64,000 bases of DNA from Bacteroidetes bacterium HGW-Bacteroidetes-14 (GTDB lineage: Bacteria > Bacteroidota > Bacteroidia > Bacteroidales > UBA932): NCBI GenBank assembly GCA_002842655.1, contig PHDP01000001.1, forward strand, positions 1,247 through 65,246, in the 5' to 3' direction. The first letter of the stretch is position 1, and the number at the start of each line of letters is the position of its first letter. The notes under the pieces were generated by a model, which worked only from the letters and a program-made list of their open reading frames with translations, made no database searches and had not been told where the DNA came from. Positions 10,293-18,627 of this stretch are shown in pieces. Made by a program: the position numbers and the translations under genes.

Positions 10293-11057
10293 CTATTTAA
10301 TTTTCAGGATAAGAATATTATCCGGTTTACTTGTGGCAGAAAAAAGAAAGTCCTCTCCGGCATCTGAAATATTTTTCAATGCCTTTGACATGGACTCCGG
10401 AGTGCGCATATCTAAATAAATCATTGTTCTTCCGCCATCCAGCAACCATGCTGAATACCCCTCCAGCCCCTCAACAGCAGGCATAACTGAAGAGTTCAGA
10501 TTTGAGAGAGAGATTGCTCCCCTGGCATATTTAACTCTCAGAGTTATTTTATCTCCCTCTGTTACACCTGCAAGAACCGGCTCCGGTATTACCGGTTTGC
10601 CTTCTGTACCATACTTTCTGAAAAATATACCTGCCAGTTCGGGGGCATACTCTGCAGCACGGGCAGAAGCACTGGGATAAACCACTGTTATGTACAAATT
10701 ACCCATAGCCGTCTGATACTGCATTGGGGAGGTACAATCCGGACATGTTCCTGCATCTGCAGGATCACATTTGAATGTATGCTGGGAATAGATTCCGTAT
10801 GCATCCTCCGGCGATGGCATCATATATACCTCTACGGCAAATTCGCTGCCTTTGAATTTTACGTCTGACACATATAACTCTTCGAATCCGTATTCAAGAA
10901 ACAGATCACTTCCTCCATTCATAAACCCGTAGAGTGCTTTGCCTTTGAACACTCTTTCATTTTTGATTTCCGGAACATCCTGAGCTATCAGACCTGAAGG
11001 AGATACTAATAAGAGAAATGCCAAAAGAGACAAAAAAAAGAATCTAGCCAATTTCAT
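10293..11057 (-). CDS. DUF6599-like exported protein
   Basis: Signal peptide from MKLARF (ATG 11057); LYGFMNGGSDLFLEYGF and AYGIYS motifs typical of this family; overlaps the upstream DUF362 gene. Confidence 0.6.
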   Translation of the reverse strand: MKLARFFFLSLLAFLLLVSPSGLIAQDVPEIKNERVFKGKALYGFMNGGSDLFLEYGFEELYVSDVKFKGSEFAVEVYMMPSPEDAYGIYSQHTFKCDPADAGTCPDCTSPMQYQTAMGNLYITVVYPSASARAAEYAPELAGIFFRKYGTEGKPVIPEPVLAGVTEGDKITLRVKYARGAISLSNLNSSVMPAVEGLEGYSAWLLDGGRTMIYLDMRTPESMSKALKNISDAGEDFLFSATSKPDNILILKIK

Positions 11058-12195
11058 ATAGTTCAATTTTTGTTCGGTCTCCAATTCCAAGACCAAGTTC
11101 TGCTGCCATGTCTATGAATCGGGATGCTTTTGGATTATCCTCTTTCTGAATTCCCTCAGCTATGCGCTTTTTAATTATTATGTCATGCCCTACCCTGTCA
11201 ACAGCTACCGGATCTGTTCCAACAAGCAGAGTGTTGTAATTGCAGATAAACTGAGGCTTGGCTCCCGGACCTCCGTCAAAACAGCCAATAAGACCATCGG
11301 CAATATTCAGTACGACTTTGTCTCTGATTGGAGGAAAAGCACAAACATAGGCGCATGTCTCATGCCACAACTTGCCATGAAGTCTGCTGGTATTGGTTAT
11401 TGCACCAAAAGCCAGGTTTTTCAGGCAGAGAGTTGTTGTTGGGCCTGCATTTTTGAGAATTGGAATATTGATGATTTTTGTAACCTTTTCTGTGGCAATT
11501 TTGGTGAAATAGGAGTATTTGCCTCCGTTAACCATGTAAGGAATTGTGTAGTCGTCATGTACTCCTTCAACATCTGCGAAAAAGAACTGATTTTTATCGA
11601 CTCTCTCCTCTGAATACAGCTTACCCTCTGCATTGTAGAAACTTCCCTTTTCGTCCATACACTCAGTTCCGGTTATTGTTATTCCCGGATAGTTATCCTT
11701 TGTGTAGCCTACCTCATGCAACTGCATCTCTCTCCGGTCCCAGATTACTATGTTCGCTTTTGGGATACCAGCCTCTTCAAGCTGGCGTATTACAGCACCT
11801 GTAACGGCATGAGAGGTTGAGAGAGTTTTTCCCGCAACCGGATTTACTTTAAGACCCACGATATCTTTAGGTGAAACAAATTTCCTCCAGGCCTTTTTAA
11901 GGTTTTTCTCTCCGGTAAGCTTCAGCATACTCTCCTTAAGCATGGAGTACGCAGCATCTGAAGAGGGAACTCCTTCAACAACTGATGCAGGGTTTGTAAC
12001 CCTTACCACTCTGCCGGGATAGAGCCCGGGCATAGACTCCTTTACTCTGGGAATTGCTGTTGCATCCTTGATGTTGGTTGCCGGCTTGTCATCTGCTCCA
12101 AACAGAGGTGAAGTCTCGGCGGCTTTTACTACAGGATTGAGCGCAAGCCCGGCTCCTGTAAGGGAGACGAACCTGAAGAAATCTCTTCTTTTCAT
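11044..12195 (-). CDS. DUF362 family Fe-S protein with twin-arginine (Tat) signal
   Basis: MKRRDFF Tat motif; VGLKVN, INIPILK..G.TLCLKNL.G, DG....GGP and DPVAVD motifs of DUF362. Confidence 0.8.
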   Translation of the reverse strand: MKRRDFFRFVSLTGAGLALNPVVKAAETSPLFGADDKPATNIKDATAIPRVKESMPGLYPGRVVRVTNPASVVEGVPSSDAAYSMLKESMLKLTGEKNLKKAWRKFVSPKDIVGLKVNPVAGKTLSTSHAVTGAVIRQLEEAGIPKANIVIWDRREMQLHEVGYTKDNYPGITITGTECMDEKGSFYNAEGKLYSEERVDKNQFFFADVEGVHDDYTIPYMVNGGKYSYFTKIATEKVTKIINIPILKNAGPTTTLCLKNLAFGAITNTSRLHGKLWHETCAYVCAFPPIRDKVVLNIADGLIGCFDGGPGAKPQFICNYNTLLVGTDPVAVDRVGHDIIIKKRIAEGIQKEDNPKASRFIDMAAELGLGIGDRTKIELYEIG

Positions 12196-12214
12196 ATTAT
12201 GAGAGTTTATCTGG

Positions 12215-13687
12215 TTAATTCAAATTCCACTCAGTCCCATCTTTGGTATCCTTTATCTGAATACCAAGTGCTGTAAGCCTCTCCCTTATTTTATCACTGG
12301 TTGCAAAATCCTTGCTCGCTTTTGCCTCTCTCCTTACATCCAGTATCATTTCTACTACTCCTCTTAATGTCTCACCTGTTCCGGATGCAGCCTGCTCATC
12401 TGCCAGACCCAAAACTCCGGCAGATATCTCTTCAAACAGCTCTCTCAGGATATTCTTGTCTTCATCACTTATAACAGTCTGCTTCTCCTTTAAAGTATTT
12501 ACAATCTTAACGGCATCAAAGAGATGAGCAATCGCCACAGGTGTGTTCAGGTCATCGCAAAGCGCGCTGTATACACTATCCCTTAGCTCACTTAATCCCT
12601 CTACAGATATGCCGGCAGGAGCTGATTTGATTCTGGCAACATCGTTTCCTGCCTGAACAAGTCTTTTGAGCCCCTTCTCTGCTGCCTGAAGCGCTTCATT
12701 GCTGAAATCAAGCGTGCTTCTGTAATGGGCCTGAAGTATAAAGAACCTTATGGTCATAGGTGAGTAGGCCTGTACAAGAATGTCATGCTTACCTGTGAAA
12801 AGCTCTTCCAGGGTAATAAAGTTCCCCAGAGACTTACCCATCTTCTGGCCATTGATGGTAATCATATTGTTGTGCATCCAGTAGCGGACACCGCTCTTAC
12901 CCCTTGCTGCAGTATTTTGTGCAAGTTCACATTCGTGGTGAGGAAAGAGAAGATCCATTCCTCCCCCGTGAATATCAAAAGTGTCCCCAAGATATTTCGA
13001 AGACATTGCAGAGCACTCTACATGCCATCCGGGAAATCCGTCACTCCATGGAGATGGCCAGCGCATGATATGCTCAGGTGCAGCTTTTTTCCACAGTGCA
13101 AAGTCAAACGGCGATTTTTTATCGCTCTGTCCGTCCAGCGTTCTTGTGTTTGACTGCATATCATCAAGGCTTCTTCCCGAAAGTGCACCATAATTGTGCT
13201 TTCTGTTATACTCCTCAACATCAAAATATACCGAGCCGTTGCTCTCGTATGCAAAGCCCTTGTCTAGGATCTGATTAACCAGAGATATCTGCTCAATAAT
13301 GTGTCCTGATGCCCTGGGCTCGATATCCGGCGGAAGGGTATTCATCAGTTTCATAGCCTCATGATACCTTAGGGTGTAATGCTGAACAATCTCCATTGGT
13401 TCAAGCTGTTCCAGGCGCGCTTTTCTTGCAATTTTATCCTCACCAGAATCTGAGTCGTTTTCAAGGTGCCCCACATCTGTAATGTTTCTCACATATCTTA
13501 CCTTATATCCCAGTTTTCTGAGCAGTCTTACCAGAACATCATAAGTAACTCCCGGCCTTGCATGTCCAAGGTGTGCATCACCGTAAACTGTAGGCCCGCA
13601 TACATATATACCAGCCATACCCGGAATTATCGGTTCAAAAATCTCTCTCTTCCTGTTAATCGTATTGTACAGATAGAACTCTCTCAT
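12215..13687 (-). CDS. cysS: Cysteine--tRNA ligase
   Basis: [12 protein letters not shown] (HIGH), [32 protein letters not shown]. Confidence 0.98.
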   Translation of the reverse strand: MREFYLYNTINRKREIFEPIIPGMAGIYVCGPTVYGDAHLGHARPGVTYDVLVRLLRKLGYKVRYVRNITDVGHLENDSDSGEDKIARKARLEQLEPMEIVQHYTLRYHEAMKLMNTLPPDIEPRASGHIIEQISLVNQILDKGFAYESNGSVYFDVEEYNRKHNYGALSGRSLDDMQSNTRTLDGQSDKKSPFDFALWKKAAPEHIMRWPSPWSDGFPGWHVECSAMSSKYLGDTFDIHGGGMDLLFPHHECELAQNTAARGKSGVRYWMHNNMITINGQKMGKSLGNFITLEELFTGKHDILVQAYSPMTIRFFILQAHYRSTLDFSNEALQAAEKGLKRLVQAGNDVARIKSAPAGISVEGLSELRDSVYSALCDDLNTPVAIAHLFDAVKIVNTLKEKQTVISDEDKNILRELFEEISAGVLGLADEQAASGTGETLRGVVEMILDVRREAKASKDFATSDKIRERLTALGIQIKDTKDGTEWNLN

Positions 13688-13760
13688 GATTTGTCATTTT
13701 TTGGTATAGGGAGTCCTTGCAGACCCCCTTTAATCAGACCCCAAAAATACAACAAAATTT

Positions 13761-14111
13761 CTATTCAAAAGATTCCGGCACATGATGTTTGATACTCAGA
13801 GCCACAATCTCGTATGTCTGACGCTCAACACCTGACTTTGTCTGATACTGAACAGGCTTGATGCGGCCTGTCACAGAGAGGGTGTTGCCCTTTTTAATTG
13901 ATGAAAATTCCGGCATTCCCTTTCCTGCCCAGGCTACTATGTTGTGCCAGACCGTCTCCTCCTGCCACTCTCCTTTTTTGTTTTTAAAGGCCTCATTTGT
14001 TGCCAGCGATAACCGCATCACCTGCACACCATCTTCAAGGGAGTTGATCCTGGGATCGAAACCCACATTACCTCTCAGCTCCACACGATTAATCGACTTT
14101 TCCATTGTCAT
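13761..14111 (-). CDS. ssb: Single-stranded DNA-binding protein (short; OB-fold only)
   Basis: NRVELRGNVG.DP, LSLATNE, ETVWHNIVAW, KG..L.V.GR motifs; no long linker or DDLPF-type tail. Confidence 0.88.
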   Translation of the reverse strand: MTMEKSINRVELRGNVGFDPRINSLEDGVQVMRLSLATNEAFKNKKGEWQEETVWHNIVAWAGKGMPEFSSIKKGNTLSVTGRIKPVQYQTKSGVERQTYEIVALSIKHHVPESFE

Positions 14112-14139
14112 TGAAATTAATTTGTTTGCATGACAAAGT

Positions 14140-14170
14140 AAAAAAGCAGGAGTTAAATTCTCCTGCTTTT
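14140..14170 (-). terminator. Terminator hairpin between the phosphatase gene and ssb
   Basis: AAAAGCAGGAG-N7-CTCCTGCTTTT, with an A run on the left that gives a T run on the minus strand. Confidence 0.7.
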
Positions 14171-14212
14171 AAGTATTTAAAATCGGTTATAAACGATTAA
14201 TCTTTTCTCTTA

Positions 14213-14830
14213 TTACTTAGTATACTCAATGCTGTTTCTCTCCAGCAAGGTGTATTCGCCATTTTCCATAGCAACTCTGGATATGCTGCATGGGTAAAAG
14301 AATCCGTGAAGTTTCCAGTAATCATCAACTGAAATTTTTTCGAAATATGCCATTATAAGGCGGAGAATAACCGCATGGGTAACAATCAGCACCCTCTCAC
14401 CCCTGTGAGCTTCAAAAAGGGGTAAAACAAAATTTAGTGCTCTTTTCTGTACCTCATCAAACTTTTCTCCTCCCGGCCCGGGTATAAAGGCAGATGGATT
14501 TGAGCCAAATGCATCCATTCTTGCCGGGTCCTCCTCGGTTGCCCTGGCAAAGGATTTACCCTCAAGATCTGCAAGGTTAATCTCCCTGAGTTCGTCTGAA
14601 AGATGAATTCCGGCAAGGCCGGTCTCTTTCATTATAATTGTTGCTGTTCTCTCTGCTCTGGGCAATGAACTTGAGTAAATGGCAGAAATCTCTTTGTCCC
14701 GCAAATAGGCCCCCAGTACCCTGGCTTGTGACAGACCCATTTCTGTTAGAGGAGAATCCTGCTGTCCCTGCATTTTTCTTGCCACGTTCCACTCTGTCTG
14801 TCCGTGCCTGGTAAAAATCAATTCTGTCAT
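14213..14830 (-). CDS. Histidine phosphatase family (phosphoglycerate mutase-like) protein
   Basis: RHGQTEWN, SS.LPRA..TA, L.E, IVTH motifs. Start at MTELIF (14830), supported by a minus-strand TATCTTTG box at 14850-14857. Confidence 0.9.
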   Translation of the reverse strand: MTELIFTRHGQTEWNVARKMQGQQDSPLTEMGLSQARVLGAYLRDKEISAIYSSSLPRAERTATIIMKETGLAGIHLSDELREINLADLEGKSFARATEEDPARMDAFGSNPSAFIPGPGGEKFDEVQKRALNFVLPLFEAHRGERVLIVTHAVILRLIMAYFEKISVDDYWKLHGFFYPCSISRVAMENGEYTLLERNSIEYTK

Positions 14831-14982
14831 AATCCGGGAAATATGTCTGCAAAGATACTTTTTTAGAAATAACGGCAGAAATTTATTCTTGGACAGGTTT
14901 TTCCATAATCGGATATTTTTACGGACATTCTGCGCAACACACACCCTAACATGCTTATTGTTAAGTATATTTACAAATAAAA

Positions 14983-15345
14983 ATGGCAACATGCAGGGAG
15001 TGCGGAGCCGGGATTTACGGCAGAAGCGATAAGGTATTCTGTGGTGATGCGTGCAGGAATGCTTTTAACAACAACAAAAGGAGCAAACGGGACAGAGAAG
15101 CGGCCATAATCAACAGAATTCTTATTAAAAACAAAAATATCCTCCAGTCAATTGTCAGTCAGGGGAGAAGAAACTGCAAAAGGGAGGAGTTGCAGGCAAT
15201 GGGATTCAACTTTAATTACGCAACTTCGTTTATGATAAAGGAGGGTGGAAAAATTATCGTGTCTTGCTACAATTTTTCATATGTAAACAGCTCAAACGGG
15301 CGCGTTTACATATCTTCCAAAATTATTTTAAATGAAGCAAAATAA
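14983..15345 (+). CDS. Conserved Bacteroidota Zn-ribbon protein (DUF2116-like)
   Basis: CRECG...GRSDKVFCGDACR..FNN, then IN.IL.KN..IL and GFNF.Y.T motifs. Confidence 0.7.
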   Translation: MATCRECGAGIYGRSDKVFCGDACRNAFNNNKRSKRDREAAIINRILIKNKNILQSIVSQGRRNCKREELQAMGFNFNYATSFMIKEGGKIIVSCYNFSYVNSSNGRVYISSKIILNEAK

Positions 15346-15409
15346 TGCATACATTTGACACTGAAAATAATCCTGACTTTTTGGAACTAATAAATTAATT
15401 ATCAATACA

Positions 15410-16303
15410 ATGAAAAAGATCATAATTTTTTCGTTACTGGCAATTGCAGCCCTGTCGCTCTCTTCATGTGTAGAGAATTCGGCAAAATACAAAGCTTTGC
15501 AGGCACAACTGGACTCTCTTGGCTCAGCCCATTCAGTAAAAAGTGCAGAGTTTGAAGAGGTATTTGCAACCCTTAACGAGGTTGAAAACGGACTTAAGTC
15601 AATCCGTGAAGCTGAAAACATTCTTGTTCTTCAGTCTCAGAAAGGCGGTGCTGAAATTCCTGAAAACTCAAGAGAGCAGCTGAAATCTGATGTTGCTGCG
15701 ATTGGCGAGGCTATTCAGAGCTACAAGCAACAGATTAACAAGCTTAAAAACGATGCAAGAATTCAGTCAAATCAGTTCAAGAAACGTCTTGCTGCTCTTA
15801 CATCTGAACTTGAAGCTAAATCAGAACTGATTGCAGATCTTGGCAGACAGCTGGAAGAGAAGGACAGACAACTGATTGTTAAATCTCAGCAAATTGAAAC
15901 TCTTGACAAAACTGTAACTACTCTAAGAGACGAGGTTACCTCACTTGCACAGGCTACTGCTTCTCAGCAGGAGACTATCGCAACTCAGGAGGCACAGATT
16001 AATTCAGGATATTATATCATAGGCACCAAATCTGAACTTATCTCAGCCAATGTAATGTCAAAAGGCGGGCTTTTCAAATCGGCAAAAATTTCATACCAGG
16101 CAGAACAATCTGCCTTCGTAAAAATTGACATCCGCGAGGTTAAGGAGATTCAGATTAATGCAGAGAAGGCTAAAGTATTATCAGTTCACCCTACAGGAAC
16201 TTATACTCTTGAGCCGGGTGCAAACGGAATGCAGGTTCTTAAGATTTCTCAGCCTGCAACATTCTGGGAACAAACAAAATACCTTGTAATTCAGACACTA
16301 TAA
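15410..16303 (+). CDS. Coiled-coil lipoprotein (resembles the Cbp1-type family of Bacteroides)
   Basis: Lipobox LSSC; long heptad region; C-terminal YYIIGTKSELI...VLSVHP..TY...FWEQTKYLVI domain; TACATTTG box at 15350-15357. Confidence 0.6.
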   Translation: MKKIIIFSLLAIAALSLSSCVENSAKYKALQAQLDSLGSAHSVKSAEFEEVFATLNEVENGLKSIREAENILVLQSQKGGAEIPENSREQLKSDVAAIGEAIQSYKQQINKLKNDARIQSNQFKKRLAALTSELEAKSELIADLGRQLEEKDRQLIVKSQQIETLDKTVTTLRDEVTSLAQATASQQETIATQEAQINSGYYIIGTKSELISANVMSKGGLFKSAKISYQAEQSAFVKIDIREVKEIQINAEKAKVLSVHPTGTYTLEPGANGMQVLKISQPATFWEQTKYLVIQTL

Positions 16304-16318
16304 TTAAACTACAAATAC

Positions 16319-16348
16319 AGGCCTGTTCTTCCCTGAGCAGGCCTTTTT
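16319..16348 (+). terminator. Rho-independent terminator
   Basis: AGGCCTGTTC-N6-GAGCAGGCCT followed by TTTT. Confidence 0.75.
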
Positions 16349-16362
16349 CTATTTAAAACCTT

Positions 16363-18468
16363 ATGAAAAAACTCGGAACAATTATTGCTGTCACCCTTGC
16401 ACTTGTTTCCATAAATTCATGCAAATCAAAGATGACAGAAGTTAATCCTTTGCTCGTTGCGTCTGAAAATCCTTATGGCGCTCCGGCATTTGACAAAATC
16501 AAAAACGAACACTACAAGCCTGCTTTTGAAGCTGCAATAGCAGAGGGCAGAGCTCAGATAGATTCAATTGTGGCAAACAGCGAAGCACCAACTTTTGCCA
16601 ATACAATTGAAGCACTCGAATATTCAGGAAGAACCCTTTCAAATATCGGGTCAATCTTCTTTAACCTTAACGAGGCTGCAACTGATTCAACCATGCAGGC
16701 CCTTGCACTTGAAATCTCTCCGCTTTTGACAGAGTACTCAAATGACATCATGCTCAATGAGAAACTCTTTGCGAGAATTAAAACAGTTTATGAGGCAAAA
16801 GACTCACTTGGTCTTAATGCAGAGCAGATGAGACTTCTTGAGGAGACCTACAAGGGATTCGTAAGAAACGGAGCAAATCTTTCTGAAGAGGATAAAACTA
16901 AATTCAGAGAGGTTAATAAAGAACTCTCTCAGCTAGGACTTCAGTTTGGCCAGAATGTACTTGCCGCTACAAATAAGTTCTTTATTCAGATTAAGGATTC
17001 AGCAGAGCTGGCGGGACTTCCTGCATTTGTAAAAGAGGCAGGCGCATCTGAAGCAAAAGAGAGATCTCTGGAGGGCTGGGTATTTACTCTTCAAAACCCA
17101 AGCATGGGTCCATTCATGCAATACAGCGAAAACCGCGAACTTAAGGAGCAGCTTTGGAGAGCTTCAAACACAAAGGCTTTTAAGGATGAATTCGACAACA
17201 GCACAATCGTAAAGAGAATTGCAGAACTTCGTATTCAGAGAGCAAATCTTCTAGGCTTTGCAACACATGCAGATTATGTACTGGATGTTAACATGGCAAA
17301 AACTGCAGGAACCGTTAATGCCTTTCTTGCAAACCTTCTTGACAAGACGCTTCCGTATGCAAAGAACGAGGTTGCAGAGATTCAGAAATATGCGAACAGC
17401 CTTGGATTTAAGGGTGAATTAATGCCTTGGGATTTCAGCTACTATTCTGAAAAGTACAAGAATGAAAAATATGCAGTAAACGACGAACTTCTTAAGCCAT
17501 ACTTCAAACTTGAAAATGTTCAGCAGGCAATTTTTGCTCTGGCAGATTCACTTTATGGTCTTAAATTTACCGAGAACAAAAAAATTCCTGTGTACCATCC
17601 TGATGTTGTTGCCTATGAGGTATTCGATGCAGACGGGAAATTCCTCTCGCTCCTCTATATGGATTTCTTCCCCAGAGCAAGCAAAAGAGGCGGAGCATGG
17701 ATGACATCATTCAGAGATATGTATGTTCAGAACGGAGTTGAGCAGAGACCATTTGTTTCACTGGTTTGCAACTTTACAAAACCAACTGAAAACACCCCAT
17801 CTCTTCTTACCCACTATGAATTTACAACTCTTCTTCATGAGTTTGGTCACGCACTTCACGGTATGTTTGCACAGGGCACCTACCCTTCTCTGACCGGAAC
17901 CAATGTTTCAAGAGACTTCGTAGAGCTTCCTTCGCAAATCATGGAGAACTGGGCTGTTAAGAAGGAGTTCCTTGCGTCATTCGCTAAACACTATCAAACC
18001 GGCGAAGCTATTCCTGATGAACTTATTGAAAAAATAGTTGCTGCAAAGAACTACCTGAGCGGATACATGAATGTAAGACAACTTACTTACGGTATCAATG
18101 ATATGGCATGGCACTCACTCACCACTGTTCCTGCAGTAGATGTTGAGGCATTCGAAAAGGCAGCCATCAAAAAGACTCAGATTCTTCCTGCAATTGACGG
18201 AACAAGCTTCTCAACCTCTTTCAGCCACATTTTCGCAGGCGGATACTCTGCCGGCTACTACAGCTACAAATGGGCAGAGGTACTTGAGGCCGATGCCTTC
18301 TCTCTCTTTGAGGAGAAAGGAATCTTCTCAAAAGAGGTCGCCGCTTCATTCCGCGAAAATATCCTTAGCAAAGGAAATCTTGAGGACCCTGCAGAACTTT
18401 ACAGAAAGTTCCGTGGCCGTGATCCAAAACCCGAGGCCCTGCTTGAGAAATTCGGCATGAAAAAATAA
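16363..18468 (+). CDS. dcp: M3 family metallopeptidase (peptidyl-dipeptidase Dcp-like), lipoprotein
   Basis: KRGGAWM, HEFGHALH, DFVELPSQ, HIFAGGYSAGYYSYKWAEVL; lipobox INSC. Confidence 0.92.
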   Translation: MKKLGTIIAVTLALVSINSCKSKMTEVNPLLVASENPYGAPAFDKIKNEHYKPAFEAAIAEGRAQIDSIVANSEAPTFANTIEALEYSGRTLSNIGSIFFNLNEAATDSTMQALALEISPLLTEYSNDIMLNEKLFARIKTVYEAKDSLGLNAEQMRLLEETYKGFVRNGANLSEEDKTKFREVNKELSQLGLQFGQNVLAATNKFFIQIKDSAELAGLPAFVKEAGASEAKERSLEGWVFTLQNPSMGPFMQYSENRELKEQLWRASNTKAFKDEFDNSTIVKRIAELRIQRANLLGFATHADYVLDVNMAKTAGTVNAFLANLLDKTLPYAKNEVAEIQKYANSLGFKGELMPWDFSYYSEKYKNEKYAVNDELLKPYFKLENVQQAIFALADSLYGLKFTENKKIPVYHPDVVAYEVFDADGKFLSLLYMDFFPRASKRGGAWMTSFRDMYVQNGVEQRPFVSLVCNFTKPTENTPSLLTHYEFTTLLHEFGHALHGMFAQGTYPSLTGTNVSRDFVELPSQIMENWAVKKEFLASFAKHYQTGEAIPDELIEKIVAAKNYLSGYMNVRQLTYGINDMAWHSLTTVPAVDVEAFEKAAIKKTQILPAIDGTSFSTSFSHIFAGGYSAGYYSYKWAEVLEADAFSLFEEKGIFSKEVAASFRENILSKGNLEDPAELYRKFRGRDPKPEALLEKFGMKK

Positions 18469-18498
18469 CCGGCAATTTTTTAATTTGCTAATTCAAAT

Positions 18499-18533
18499 AA
18501 GGCTGACCATAATTTTATTGGTTAGCCTTTTTT
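18499..18533 (+). terminator. Terminator of dcp
   Basis: AAGGCTGACCA-N9-TGGTTAGCCTT plus T run. Confidence 0.8.
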
Positions 18534-18562
18534 ATTTTAGCACTTAGCCATTATCTGTATGC

Positions 18563-18598
18563 AAAAAAAGGCCGACCAACGATTAGTTGGCCAGCCTT
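18563..18598 (-). terminator. Terminator of the TBDR-S46 operon
   Basis: Minus strand reads AAGGCTGGCCAAC-N5-GTTGGTCGGCCTT plus T run. Confidence 0.8.
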
Positions 18599-18627
18599 AG
18601 CTTGTTCAGTAATTAAATAACTGCCGG

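Noticed and set aside
14831-14992. 54-aa N-terminal extension of the histidine phosphatase
   Set aside because: It spans a promoter box and overlaps the divergent gene; this family begins just before the RHG motif.
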